Below are positions 1-10,206 of a stretch of DNA of 64,000 nucleotides, one piece after another. Each line of letters begins with the position of its first letter. The first letter of the stretch is position 1. Location: NCBI GenBank assembly GCA_017546805.1, contig JAFYRT010000067.1, forward strand, positions 2,457-66,456, written 5' to 3'. The notes below the pieces were generated by a model. It ran no database searches. It was not told the origin of the DNA and saw only the letters and a list, made by a program, of their open reading frames with translations. The position numbers were made by a program, and so were the translations under genes. The stretch is from Muribaculaceae bacterium. Its GTDB lineage: Bacteria > Bacteroidota > Bacteroidia > Bacteroidales > G3-4614.

Positions 1-2015
1 CTTGTTCCTGACAACATGGCGTCGATGCGATGCGATATGGGTTGCCCAATCTCAATGTTCACACCCGGAAGAACCGAAAGTTTCTCTCTAACCTCGGCAA
101 TCATCTCTTTTTTGCTTCTATCTTTAAGTTCAAATGGAGCCTCAATCTCTGATGCATTAACACCAAAAGAGTGTTCGGCAAGTTCAGCTCGTCCTGTTTT
201 TCGAGCTACGGTTTTAATTTCGGGTACAGTAAGCAAAATCTCTTCTGCCAAACGTCCAACCTTGTCACTCTCTTCAAGTGAAATACCTGGTACTGAACTG
301 ATATTTATAGTAAATGAACCTTCATTGAATTGAGGTAAGAAGCTTCGTCCTAAAGTAAAAAATATTCCTATTGCTGCAATTACAAGAATAATGGTTGGAA
401 TAATAACCGCTTTTTTATGATTCAAGGTCCACTCTAACCCATGTTTATACCACTTGCCTAAATATCGCGAAACAATAGGCTCTTTCTCCTCTTTTTTATT
501 ACTCTTTCCTCCCAACAAATAGCTACACATTACAGGAGTAAGTGTAAGGGCAATAACAGTTGATGCAAACAGAGCAACAATAAAAGATATGCCAAGAGGT
601 ACCAACATTTTACCCTCCATGCCCGAAAGGAAGAATAGAGGTAAGAAGCTTACCACAATAATCAAAGTTGAGTTTAGAATGGGCATACGCACCTCTTTCG
701 AAGCTTCAAAAACAACTTTCAATGTCGATAATCTATTGTTCTCATCCTTTGCATTATTTTGTTTCAATCGTTTATAAACGTTTTCAACATCCACAATGGC
801 ATCGTCAACAAGCGAACCAATTGCAATTGCCATACCTCCTATACTCATGGTGTTTATGGTTAACCCCATTAGTTTGAGAGTAAGAATTGAAACAAGCAGA
901 GCCAAAGGAATTGTTACAATGGAGATGATTGTTGTACGAACATTCATTAAAAATAAAAACAGAATGATTACGACAAATATACCACCTTCGTAGAGCGATT
1001 TTTGTATATTGCTTATCGAACTCTCAATAAAACGAGATTGTCGGAATATATTAGTATCAACCTCAATGGATTCGGGCATTTGCCCTTTAATATCATCCAT
1101 TACTCGCTCAATATTTTGAGTCAACTCCATAGTCCCTGCTTCGGGCTGTTTGGTAACAGTAATTAATACAGCAGGTTTCCCTCTCAGTGATGCCAAACCC
1201 AATTTGGGAGCCTTAGCTCCTATCTTAACTTCGGCAATATCGTAGAGGTGAATATGTTCTCCTTCGGTACGTTTTATCAAACACTCACCCATATCATCGG
1301 CACTCTTTGAAGATATTGTACCTCTGATTATATATTCGTTTCCATATTGATAGATAATACCACCTGCAGCATTCTCATTAAGGTCTCTTACGTCTCTCAT
1401 GACATCGTCAAGGCTTACACCATAGTGACGCATCTTATTTGGATCTAACAAAATCTGATACTCCTTAACATCACCACCAATAACGTGAACTTGTGCCACT
1501 CCTCCAATAGAAAGAAGTCGGGGACGTATCAAGAAATCGGCAGTAGTTCTAATGTCAAGTAATGAAACCGAATCAGACGATAGTCCAATAATCATAACCT
1601 CTCCCAATATCGATGTTTGAGGTCCTAATTGCGGAGTACCAGCACTATTGGGTAGCTTGCCTGATAGGGTAGAGAGTTTTTCTGAAACAATTTGTCGAGC
1701 CAAATATATATCTGTATCCCAATCGAATTCAACCCATACAATAGAGAATCCTGTTGTCGAAGATGAACGCACTCGACGAACACCTGTTGCTCCGTTAACA
1801 GCTGTCTCTATAGGAAATGAAACCAATCTCTCAACCTCCTCAGGAGCAAGTCCGGGAGCTTCGGTCATGACGGTTACGGTTGGAGCATTGAGGTCTGGAA
1901 ATACGTCAACCTCCATGTTCTTGGCTGTATATATACCTCCAAAAAGAAGCAACACAGCAGCCATTATAACAACCAATCTGTTGTCTAACGAAAACTTTAT
2001 GATTTTATTAAGCAT
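1..2015 (-). CDS. Heavy-metal efflux RND permease, CusA/CzcA family. This is the N-terminal ~671 aa; the 3' end runs off the window start.
   Basis: My own minus-strand translation from the ATG at 2013-2015 gives MLNKIIKFSLDNRLVVIMAAVLLLFGGIYTAKNMEVDVFPDLNAPTVTVMTEAPGLAPEEVERLVSFPIETAVNGATGVRRVRSSS..., a typical CzcA/CusA N-terminus. Further downstream it reads ...GRAELAEHSFGVNASEIEAPF...GQPISHRIDAMLSG. It is missing from the ORF track because there is no stop in the window. The plus-strand ORFs here are antisense shadows. Confidence 0.9.
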   Translation of the reverse strand, partial: MLNKIIKFSLDNRLVVIMAAVLLLFGGIYTAKNMEVDVFPDLNAPTVTVMTEAPGLAPEEVERLVSFPIETAVNGATGVRRVRSSSTTGFSIVWVEFDWDTDIYLARQIVSEKLSTLSGKLPNSAGTPQLGPQTSILGEVMIIGLSSDSVSLLDIRTTADFLIRPRLLSIGGVAQVHVIGGDVKEYQILLDPNKMRHYGVSLDDVMRDVRDLNENAAGGIIYQYGNEYIIRGTISSKSADDMGECLIKRTEGEHIHLYDIAEVKIGAKAPKLGLASLRGKPAVLITVTKQPEAGTMELTQNIERVMDDIKGQMPESIEVDTNIFRQSRFIESSISNIQKSLYEGGIFVVIILFLFLMNVRTTIISIVTIPLALLVSILTLKLMGLTINTMSIGGMAIAIGSLVDDAIVDVENVYKRLKQNNAKDENNRLSTLKVVFEASKEVRMPILNSTLIIVVSFLPLFFLSGMEGKMLVPLGISFIVALFASTVIALTLTPVMCSYLLGGKSNKKEEKEPIVSRYLGKWYKHGLEWTLNHKKAVIIPTIILVIAAIGIFFTLGRSFLPQFNEGSFTINISSVPGISLEESDKVGRLAEEILLTVPEIKTVARKTGRAELAEHSFGVNASEIEAPFELKDRSKKEMIAEVREKLSVLPGVNIEIGQPISHRIDAMLSGT

Positions 2016-2068
2016 TTTATCAATTCTTTTTTAGTTCAAAAAACTTTAATCGTATCGGCAGCCAATAA

Positions 2069-3292
2069 TTAATGGCTGTGTGAATGTCCTTCGGGGATAA
2101 CACTTTTGCGAGATGCAGCTTTAAGTTGATGAACACCATTAATAACAACCAAATCTCCGCTGCTCAAACCTTTTACAACTTTTACAGCTTCTCCATTGTT
2201 TTCGGCAATTTCAATCTCTGTTTTGCGGAAGTGTTCGCAGTCAAGAGCAACATATACATAGTATAGACCCTCTTCTTCGCAAATGGCATTTTCAGGAATA
2301 GCCAAAGAGTTCTCTTCTGTTTTTGTTAAAATGTAGATATTTGCATAGCTACCGGGTATTAAGTTGTATTTATTCTCAAACTCAAAAGTAACAGGAATAT
2401 AGTTTTCCCCATGCGTGATATATTTGCCGTATGAGAGAACCTTACCTTTCATCTCAGATAATTTATATAGCTTATCATCCATTGGAAGTTTAAAGTTTGC
2501 ACTCTCAATTTCTGGTAAGTGAGTAAAGTCTTCATGTTCAATATTTGCTCTTAAAAGAAGGCTTCTATTTTGGCTTATCATGGCAATGGTTTGTCCTGTC
2601 GTAACGTAATCTCCATTATTTACCATTATTTGAGAAATGTATCCATCTCCCGGAGCGATAACAGACGAACCTTTCTCTTCATTCCCATTTATAGCCTCGT
2701 ATGCAGCTTTGGCGTTTTCATATTCAACTTTAATCTCTGTAAAATCTTTCTCACTGATGATTTTATCATCAACTAAAGACAAAGCTCGTTCATAATCTTT
2801 TTTAGCTTTGTTATAAGCAATTTTTGTGCGGTAAGCCACATCTCCATCTTGTAAATTTGAAGAAGAAATAGAGAACAAAGTTTTACCCTTATTTACATAT
2901 GAACCATCAACAGGAAATGGGTTACCAAATAGGATAACACCAGAAGTCGGAGCTACAATGTATATAGCGTCACTTGGTGATGAGATAACATCACCACTAC
3001 ATTTTATTATATTTGCAAATGGGGCATACTCAATTTTTCTAACTTTAAGATTGGCATTTTCAGATTGTTTGTGAGTAAAAACCACAACATTCTCATCATC
3101 CTCTATTACTGCGTGAGGATGATTGTGTCCATGGTCATGGCTATGTTCGTGGGCATGTTCATGTTCGTGGCTCTCAACATGAGAGTGGTTATCTACACTT
3201 TCATTTTCATGAGAGTGATTATGTCCACTCTCTTTACAACCCCATAGGGCAACTGTTGCCGCAATGGCAATTGGTATATAAAATTTTCTCAT
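2069..3292 (-). CDS. Efflux RND periplasmic adaptor (membrane-fusion protein, CusB/CzcB-like) lipoprotein with His-rich termini
   Basis: 407-aa ORF with lipobox LWGC. After the lipidation site comes HNHSHENESVDNHSHVESHEHEHAHEHSHDHGHNHPH, and the C-terminus is EGHSHSH. It lies 53 nt upstream of the RND permease on the same strand. Confidence 0.85.
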   Translation of the reverse strand: MRKFYIPIAIAATVALWGCKESGHNHSHENESVDNHSHVESHEHEHAHEHSHDHGHNHPHAVIEDDENVVVFTHKQSENANLKVRKIEYAPFANIIKCSGDVISSPSDAIYIVAPTSGVILFGNPFPVDGSYVNKGKTLFSISSSNLQDGDVAYRTKIAYNKAKKDYERALSLVDDKIISEKDFTEIKVEYENAKAAYEAINGNEEKGSSVIAPGDGYISQIMVNNGDYVTTGQTIAMISQNRSLLLRANIEHEDFTHLPEIESANFKLPMDDKLYKLSEMKGKVLSYGKYITHGENYIPVTFEFENKYNLIPGSYANIYILTKTEENSLAIPENAICEEEGLYYVYVALDCEHFRKTEIEIAENNGEAVKVVKGLSSGDLVVINGVHQLKAASRKSVIPEGHSHSH

Positions 3293-3348
3293 AGCATAAT
3301 GATTATAATAACAATGCCGCTGTAACTCGCATGGATACAGAGGAATTG

Positions 3349-3356
3349 CAAAAATA
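3349..3356 (-). promoter_or_regulatory. Bacteroides-type -7 box TATTTTTG (minus strand) upstream of the adaptor/RND pair
   Basis: Plus-strand caaaaata is TATTTTTG on the minus strand, which matches TAnnTTTG. It lies 57 nt upstream of the ATG at 3292. Confidence 0.4.
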
Positions 3357-3404
3357 TAAAATTAGATTATTGTAAAAATATATAGAAAGTTAAAAAAAAG
3401 GAAG

Positions 3405-3818
3405 TTAAGCAAAAGGAGGGGCTCTTAACTGTGTCTCATTTGAGAGCAATATAGTCTTAACGGTGTAGTCGTGAGAAAATAATTTTTCCCCATTTATATA
3501 TGTAAAACTATATTTAAAGAGATCAATATCAAAATATTCTCCAAAAGAGATCTTTGTCTTTTCTTTGTTGTTGTCATCACACTTTGTTAGTATAGAATCG
3601 TTTCCTTTCAAAAAAGGACACTCCTCGCAGTTGTTGTTATTACAACAATTTCCCTCTTCTTCTGAATTAGAACAAGCATCTTTGTGACAGTCAACATGTG
3701 TGAGATTTAATCCAAAAACAAGTATGCCGTCATGATGATGATGAGGTACAATGGTTGTCGCAATCCATAATAAGGTTGCAAACCATAAGAATAATATTGT
3801 AACTCTCCTTCTCATCAT
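3405..3818 (-). CDS. Small membrane-anchored His4/Cys-rich protein, hypothetical. Candidate metal-binding accessory protein.
   Basis: 137-aa ORF. It has an N-terminal hydrophobic helix ending in IVPHHHHDG, followed by the Cys cluster CHKDACSNSEEEGNCCNNNNCEECPF. There is no CXXCH motif. It sits between ccsBA and the metal efflux genes. Confidence 0.55.
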   Translation of the reverse strand: MMRRRVTILFLWFATLLWIATTIVPHHHHDGILVFGLNLTHVDCHKDACSNSEEEGNCCNNNNCEECPFLKGNDSILTKCDDNNKEKTKISFGEYFDIDLFKYSFTYINGEKLFSHDYTVKTILLSNETQLRAPPFA

Positions 3819-3869
3819 AAAACAGTTTTTATATAGTTGGTATGCAAATTTAAAGCATAAATTTAAACT

Positions 3870-6221
3870 CTACAAATCTTTGTTGTTTATCTTGTATCTG
3901 AAAAAAGCAACAATGGATAAGATAACGATACATATATAAAATCCAACTATATATTCTACCGCAGGAGGTGCATCATTGTTACCATATGAGTGAAGTCCCG
4001 AAAGATAGTAGTTAACACCAAAATAGGTCATTAAAACCGCGAGAGATGCAATTACAGAAAGAGCCGAGAAGATAATCTCGTTTTTAAGTTTTGGTACCAA
4101 TCTTGTATGAGTGACAACAGCATAAATCAAAATGGTGATTAATGCCCAACTCTCTTTCGCATCCCATCCCCAATATCTTCCCCACGATATATTTGCCCAT
4201 ACAGCACCTAAAAAAGTACCAATGGTAACCAATATCAAACCGATGTACATTAAAAGTTCATTAATCGAAGTCAACTCTTTTATTGTAGATGTATGGCTTT
4301 TCTTAAAACTCATGAATAGGGTATATACTCCTATAATTGCGCAAATACCAAAGAATCCATAGCTTGCGGTTATGACGGTAACATGTAAAATAAGCCATGG
4401 CGAATTTAATACAGGCATAAGAGGAGTAATCACAGGATCTAACCAATTTAGAGAAGATATAAATAGTGTTACTGCTGCCATAACAGAGGATAGGGCAAAA
4501 ACAATGTAGCTTCGTTTCATAAACAAAAGTCCGCCCAATACCATGCACCATGCAATATATAACATGGTTTCGTATGTATTACTCCATGGTGGTTGTTCCG
4601 AAACATACCAACGCAAAATGATACCCGATGTGTGAAGGAGAAATATTGCGAACACTCCACCCATAACAGCACCCATTTTTATCTGTTGCATAAATGTTGT
4701 TCCGTTGGAGTATTTTATAGCTAAAACGAATAATATAATACCTAAAATTATGTAGCCTAATGCTGCAATTTTAAATATAGGAGCTTTGCTGTATATGATA
4801 GATAGTCGACTTTTGGTCGGGGAGGGAAGCTCTCCGCAGTATTTCATCTCCTGAAAACTTGTAATATGGTCAATTATCTCATTCGAATCGACGCCTGTTA
4901 TTTTATCAATTATATAATTATTAATGGCAGAAGCTACAAAAATAGAATCTCTACCTTTGAAAACATTCCTATCCGGAGAAACCCATTTGCCCTCATCTGT
5001 AGGATAAATTTTTAATAGTGAACAATTGATTAATGCCGAGAATATGCGCGCTCTCTCATCAAGTTTTTTTAGCTCTTTTGCATCAATATCTGCATGCTTG
5101 AATGAATTTATTTTGTAAGTTCCATCTGGGTCGAACAAAGAATTAAAAGATACATACTTGTCATTGTCGCTATTTAAGTATTTTCTAATTCCGTTATCAG
5201 GGCAATATATAATTGGAGAGTTACACCATACATCAGCTTTTACAATAAAACTCATATAGAGTCTTGCTCCCCACTGTTTATTGTTTTCTCCGTTTGAGTG
5301 GGTAATCTTTCTCAATATTGTTCTTGCGTGGCACTCCAAAGGCTCAATAATGCCATTATTGCTTAGAACAAAAACATTTTCCCACTTTTGTGCATCTTCA
5401 TAAGGAATAAGTAGTTTTTCATCAATATTCAAATTCGAAGCATTAATAGTCGCAGATGAAGATAGTAGGACTATTATAAAGGTAATTTTACCTCCCTTTG
5501 ATGATATTGATTTTAGAATATCTTTTATTCTTCCGTTTTTGCCAAACATTGAGAGAGTAAAGCCAAATAGAAGCAATATATATCCTATATATGTTATTAT
5601 AGTACCGGCATAGTCGTTATTTATAAGAAAAGTGGAGCCATTCATATCTTCGTCATAAGAGAGTTGATAGATTCTATCTCCCTTAATTCTTAAAATATCA
5701 TTAACGGCAATTGTTGCATCAAAAACCTTATCTCCATCATTAATGGTTACAAAACTTTTATATGCCAAAGGGAACTCGTTTCCCTCGTAATATTCAATTT
5801 CAAATCTATTTAAAGTTATAGAGTAGGCAAGAGTGGCAGATGAACCGTCCTCAAACAGAATTAATGAAGAAGTTTCTCCCTCTCTTATATGAACCGAACC
5901 CTCTTTACTTGTAAAGTGAGACGTAATAGCACCAACTATAATTATGGCAAAAGCATAATGAATAAAAATGGAACTGTATCGTCTCCTTTTAATAAGCCTC
6001 AAATTTATAGTTATAGCAACAAAACTTATAACCATAAGGAGCAAAAGCAGATAAAAAGCCGAGTTGTGATATATGAGAGAAAAAGCTGTGTCAGACCCGT
6101 AAAACTTTTCGACAAAGGTTGCCACAGCAATCAATATTATAGATAAAAAAAGAGTTGCAAGAGAAAATCTTATATCAGAGATAAGCGATATAAGTGAAGA
6201 TGTAATATTATGTTTACTCAT
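3870..6221 (-). CDS. ccsBA: Cytochrome c biogenesis protein, fused ResB/CcsB-CcsA (system II heme handling)
   Basis: 783-aa polytopic ORF. The C-terminal part carries the CcsA Trp-rich WWD-type motif WGRYWGWDAKESWALITILIYAVVTH. The N-terminal half is ResB-like, with TM helices flanking a large loop. Confidence 0.85.
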   Translation of the reverse strand: MSKHNITSSLISLISDIRFSLATLFLSIILIAVATFVEKFYGSDTAFSLIYHNSAFYLLLLLMVISFVAITINLRLIKRRRYSSIFIHYAFAIIIVGAITSHFTSKEGSVHIREGETSSLILFEDGSSATLAYSITLNRFEIEYYEGNEFPLAYKSFVTINDGDKVFDATIAVNDILRIKGDRIYQLSYDEDMNGSTFLINNDYAGTIITYIGYILLLFGFTLSMFGKNGRIKDILKSISSKGGKITFIIVLLSSSATINASNLNIDEKLLIPYEDAQKWENVFVLSNNGIIEPLECHARTILRKITHSNGENNKQWGARLYMSFIVKADVWCNSPIIYCPDNGIRKYLNSDNDKYVSFNSLFDPDGTYKINSFKHADIDAKELKKLDERARIFSALINCSLLKIYPTDEGKWVSPDRNVFKGRDSIFVASAINNYIIDKITGVDSNEIIDHITSFQEMKYCGELPSPTKSRLSIIYSKAPIFKIAALGYIILGIILFVLAIKYSNGTTFMQQIKMGAVMGGVFAIFLLHTSGIILRWYVSEQPPWSNTYETMLYIAWCMVLGGLLFMKRSYIVFALSSVMAAVTLFISSLNWLDPVITPLMPVLNSPWLILHVTVITASYGFFGICAIIGVYTLFMSFKKSHTSTIKELTSINELLMYIGLILVTIGTFLGAVWANISWGRYWGWDAKESWALITILIYAVVTHTRLVPKLKNEIIFSALSVIASLAVLMTYFGVNYYLSGLHSYGNNDAPPAVEYIVGFYICIVILSIVAFFRYKINNKDL

Positions 6222-6235
6222 ATATAAAGATAAGG

Positions 6236-6805
6236 TTATTTTGATGGCTCTCTTTCTATTTTGCCTTTTTGTATGGGAGAAGATGGGGTAGGAGTAGAAG
6301 GAAAATCCTCTTGTTGAGGGTATTTTTTTACAGCAAACAGTTTCCTTCTTAGATTAGAACTTCCAGTATAAACCAATTTATGCCCAACTAAAGAAAGGTG
6401 GAATATTTTTATTGCATCATTCTCTTTTCGTCTGAATTTACAACTGAAAATGTTTTTATCTGAAGTCTTACCTAACAATCCAATAACATTTCCTGCAGGA
6501 ATTCTAATATGCCAATCTCCATAATAGATACGGTCTTTCAGCATTATGATTTGATAGTTGGCAACCTCATCTTTGTCAAAACACTCTTTAATCATAAAAA
6601 TAACACCATCATGGGCTTCCCATATACCCACGATGGTGTTAATATCTTTGTCCGAAAAATAAGAGTATGCACAATCAACATTAATAGAATCAATACGATT
6701 CCATAGGTTCTTATCTTGTGCAGTCAAGCTTGAGGGAAACACGAAGAACAGAGACAATGCAATAAGTGTCTTTAATTTAAAGTATGTTTCCCAATTGCTT
6801 TTCAT
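6236..6805 (-). CDS. Hypothetical secreted protein
   Basis: 189-aa ORF with a signal peptide (LFFVFPSSLTAQD). I recognise no motif. It is tightly packed between the DUF3078-like gene (5-nt gap) and ccsBA (14-nt gap). Confidence 0.5.
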   Translation of the reverse strand: MKSNWETYFKLKTLIALSLFFVFPSSLTAQDKNLWNRIDSINVDCAYSYFSDKDINTIVGIWEAHDGVIFMIKECFDKDEVANYQIIMLKDRIYYGDWHIRIPAGNVIGLLGKTSDKNIFSCKFRRKENDAIKIFHLSLVGHKLVYTGSSNLRRKLFAVKKYPQQEDFPSTPTPSSPIQKGKIEREPSK

Positions 6806-6810
6806 AACAA

Positions 6811-8298
6811 TTATTTGAATTTATAGTTAAATCCAAAACTTAACATCTCTTTGAATTGCAAGTATCTTTTATCTTTGTTAGCCATGATGCTATCGTCAAA
6901 TCTTGCATGTAGATAAATTTTGGTAGAGAAGAATCTGTTGAATACAAAGTTCAAACCTGTCTCAACATCAGCCAAAACCGATTTATAATCAGTAAAGTAG
7001 AATACTCTTGATGTCCAAGTAAGGTTAGGATAGAATTCCCACTTGAAAGTTCCTTCAAGAGAAGAACCGACTTGATTCTCGTATAATTTACCATCTTTGA
7101 TACCTGCTTTTATAGCCAATTCTTCGTCTAACGAGAATTTCAAGTTATATGAAAGAGGAGCAAGCATAACAGAGGTTTCGAATTTTTTGGGAGCAAGTTT
7201 CTTGTTGTAGCTCATACCGACTCCGACGTTAAGTTCTCCGGGAGAGAAGAATGCTGATGTTCTTGTTTCGCTGTTTGGTTTGTAGCTATTAAACAACTGA
7301 GTTTTGAATAAACCTGAAACAGTATAGTACCAATCTTTAACAGCCTTAATACCCAATTTAGAGTTTATTTGGAAAAGGTCATCGTTGATGCTCAATTTGT
7401 GGTATTCGTCAGAAGGAGTTGTGCTTACACCCACTTTCCATTGAGCCGACGTGGTAAACAATATATTGTTATGGTCGTACTCAACATTGTACAATTGATC
7501 ACTAACCAAGTTGAAGTTGCTTTCACCTCCTTGATACCAGTTTTTAGAGATATAAGCCTCAGTAACTTGAATAGAACTTGTGAAACTGTGTTTCCAAAGT
7601 TTTGGAGTAGGAGGAGCCTCTGTTGTGATAGAGGTAGAAGGAACATTTATTTTGTTTACGTCAACAAACTCTTTCGCCCCTTTTTTTGTCATTTTCTCAT
7701 TTTTAGGAGCTTTTGGCATAGTTTCGTTTGTGTAATCAACATCTTGAGGATTGTTGCTTAAAACATTGTCTTTGGCATTCTCAATGATAATTTCGCTATC
7801 GCTTTTTTCCATAGATTTAGCATATGAGTCATCCAAAGTCAAAGAGGTGTCTGTAGATGAAACTCTGTAATCAGGAACATTTACGGCTGTATCAATTTTC
7901 TTTTCGTTAAATACCAATGAAAGGAAATTGGGATTTATAGGGCTTACAGGGTTTTTAGAACTATCTTTTACGTCCATAATATACTCTGTGATTGAAGTGT
8001 ATATTATAGCTTTAACAGAATCGTTTACAGTAGAATCACCTTTAAAAATAGCAAGTTTTTCCAAGTACGATATGACATCGTTTTTTACAATTTCTTTAGC
8101 AATGGCAGTAGAATCAATAGCCACAATTTCTTCTGTTTTAACAGCAGTAGAGTCCATAGCTTCAACTTTTGTCTCAGAGACAATAGTGTCATTGATAAGC
8201 ATTGGAACCTCAGATGCAATGCTGTCGGTTGTTGTTTGTGCGTTTGCTGTACATAACAAGCAAGACAAACATAATAGTGTAATAGTAAAATTTTTCAT
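6811..8298 (-). CDS. Outer-membrane beta-barrel protein, DUF3078-like
   Basis: 495-aa ORF with a signal peptide (CLLCTANAQ). The segment WKHSFTSSIQVTEAYISKNWYQGGESNFNLVSD and the C-terminal SFGFNYKFK beta-signal resemble DUF3078 proteins as I remember them. Confidence 0.55.
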   Translation of the reverse strand: MKNFTITLLCLSCLLCTANAQTTTDSIASEVPMLINDTIVSETKVEAMDSTAVKTEEIVAIDSTAIAKEIVKNDVISYLEKLAIFKGDSTVNDSVKAIIYTSITEYIMDVKDSSKNPVSPINPNFLSLVFNEKKIDTAVNVPDYRVSSTDTSLTLDDSYAKSMEKSDSEIIIENAKDNVLSNNPQDVDYTNETMPKAPKNEKMTKKGAKEFVDVNKINVPSTSITTEAPPTPKLWKHSFTSSIQVTEAYISKNWYQGGESNFNLVSDQLYNVEYDHNNILFTTSAQWKVGVSTTPSDEYHKLSINDDLFQINSKLGIKAVKDWYYTVSGLFKTQLFNSYKPNSETRTSAFFSPGELNVGVGMSYNKKLAPKKFETSVMLAPLSYNLKFSLDEELAIKAGIKDGKLYENQVGSSLEGTFKWEFYPNLTWTSRVFYFTDYKSVLADVETGLNFVFNRFFSTKIYLHARFDDSIMANKDKRYLQFKEMLSFGFNYKFK

Positions 8299-8529
8299 AA
8301 AATAATTGTGTAAATTATTAATGGTTGATATTCTTTTTGTTTTTCAGTACCCACTGTTCTGAATTTGAATTACGTCTCATCTAAATAGAAATGGGGGTAC
8401 AACCGGATAAATTAATACAAAAATAGTTATTTATTGCTAATAAATGAAGATATTGCTTCAAAAAAAACAAAAGAAAAAAAAAGTAATATCTTTGGCTCTA
8501 TTCTGTGCAAAAAATATGATTTTTTTCTT

Positions 8530-8537
8530 ACCTTTGC
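8530..8537 (+). promoter_or_regulatory. -7 box TACCTTTG upstream of pyrG
   Basis: Matches TAnnTTTG and lies 38 nt upstream of the ATG at 8575. A second box, TATCTTTG, lies at 8487-8494. Confidence 0.45.
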
Positions 8538-8544
8538 ACTTTAA

Positions 8545-10185
<1,641 letters not shown>

Positions 10186-10206
10186 AGAAAAATTTTAAAA
10201 AGAAAT

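Noticed and set aside
16-2034. Five plus-strand ORFs (16-333, 589-777, 668-877, 796-993, 1648-2034)
   Set aside because: They lie antisense to a continuous minus-strand reading frame that translates into an unmistakable CusA/CzcA permease. Their products are low-complexity, so they are shadow ORFs.
3100-3240. His-rich tract as a possible engineered affinity tag or cloning artefact
   Set aside because: The tract is an irregular H-x-H pattern interleaved with Glu, Asn and Ser. It lies after a native lipobox and is mirrored by a C-terminal HSHSH, consistent with a natural metal-binding tail in a metal-efflux adaptor.
8493-8509. Sigma-54-like promoter TGGCTC-N5-TGTGCA upstream of pyrG
   Set aside because: The GG-to-GC spacing is one nucleotide too long relative to the TGGCAC-N5-TTGCW consensus, and the -12 element is TGTGC rather than TTGC. 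Ordinary TAnnTTTG boxes at 8487 and 8530 explain pyrG transcription.
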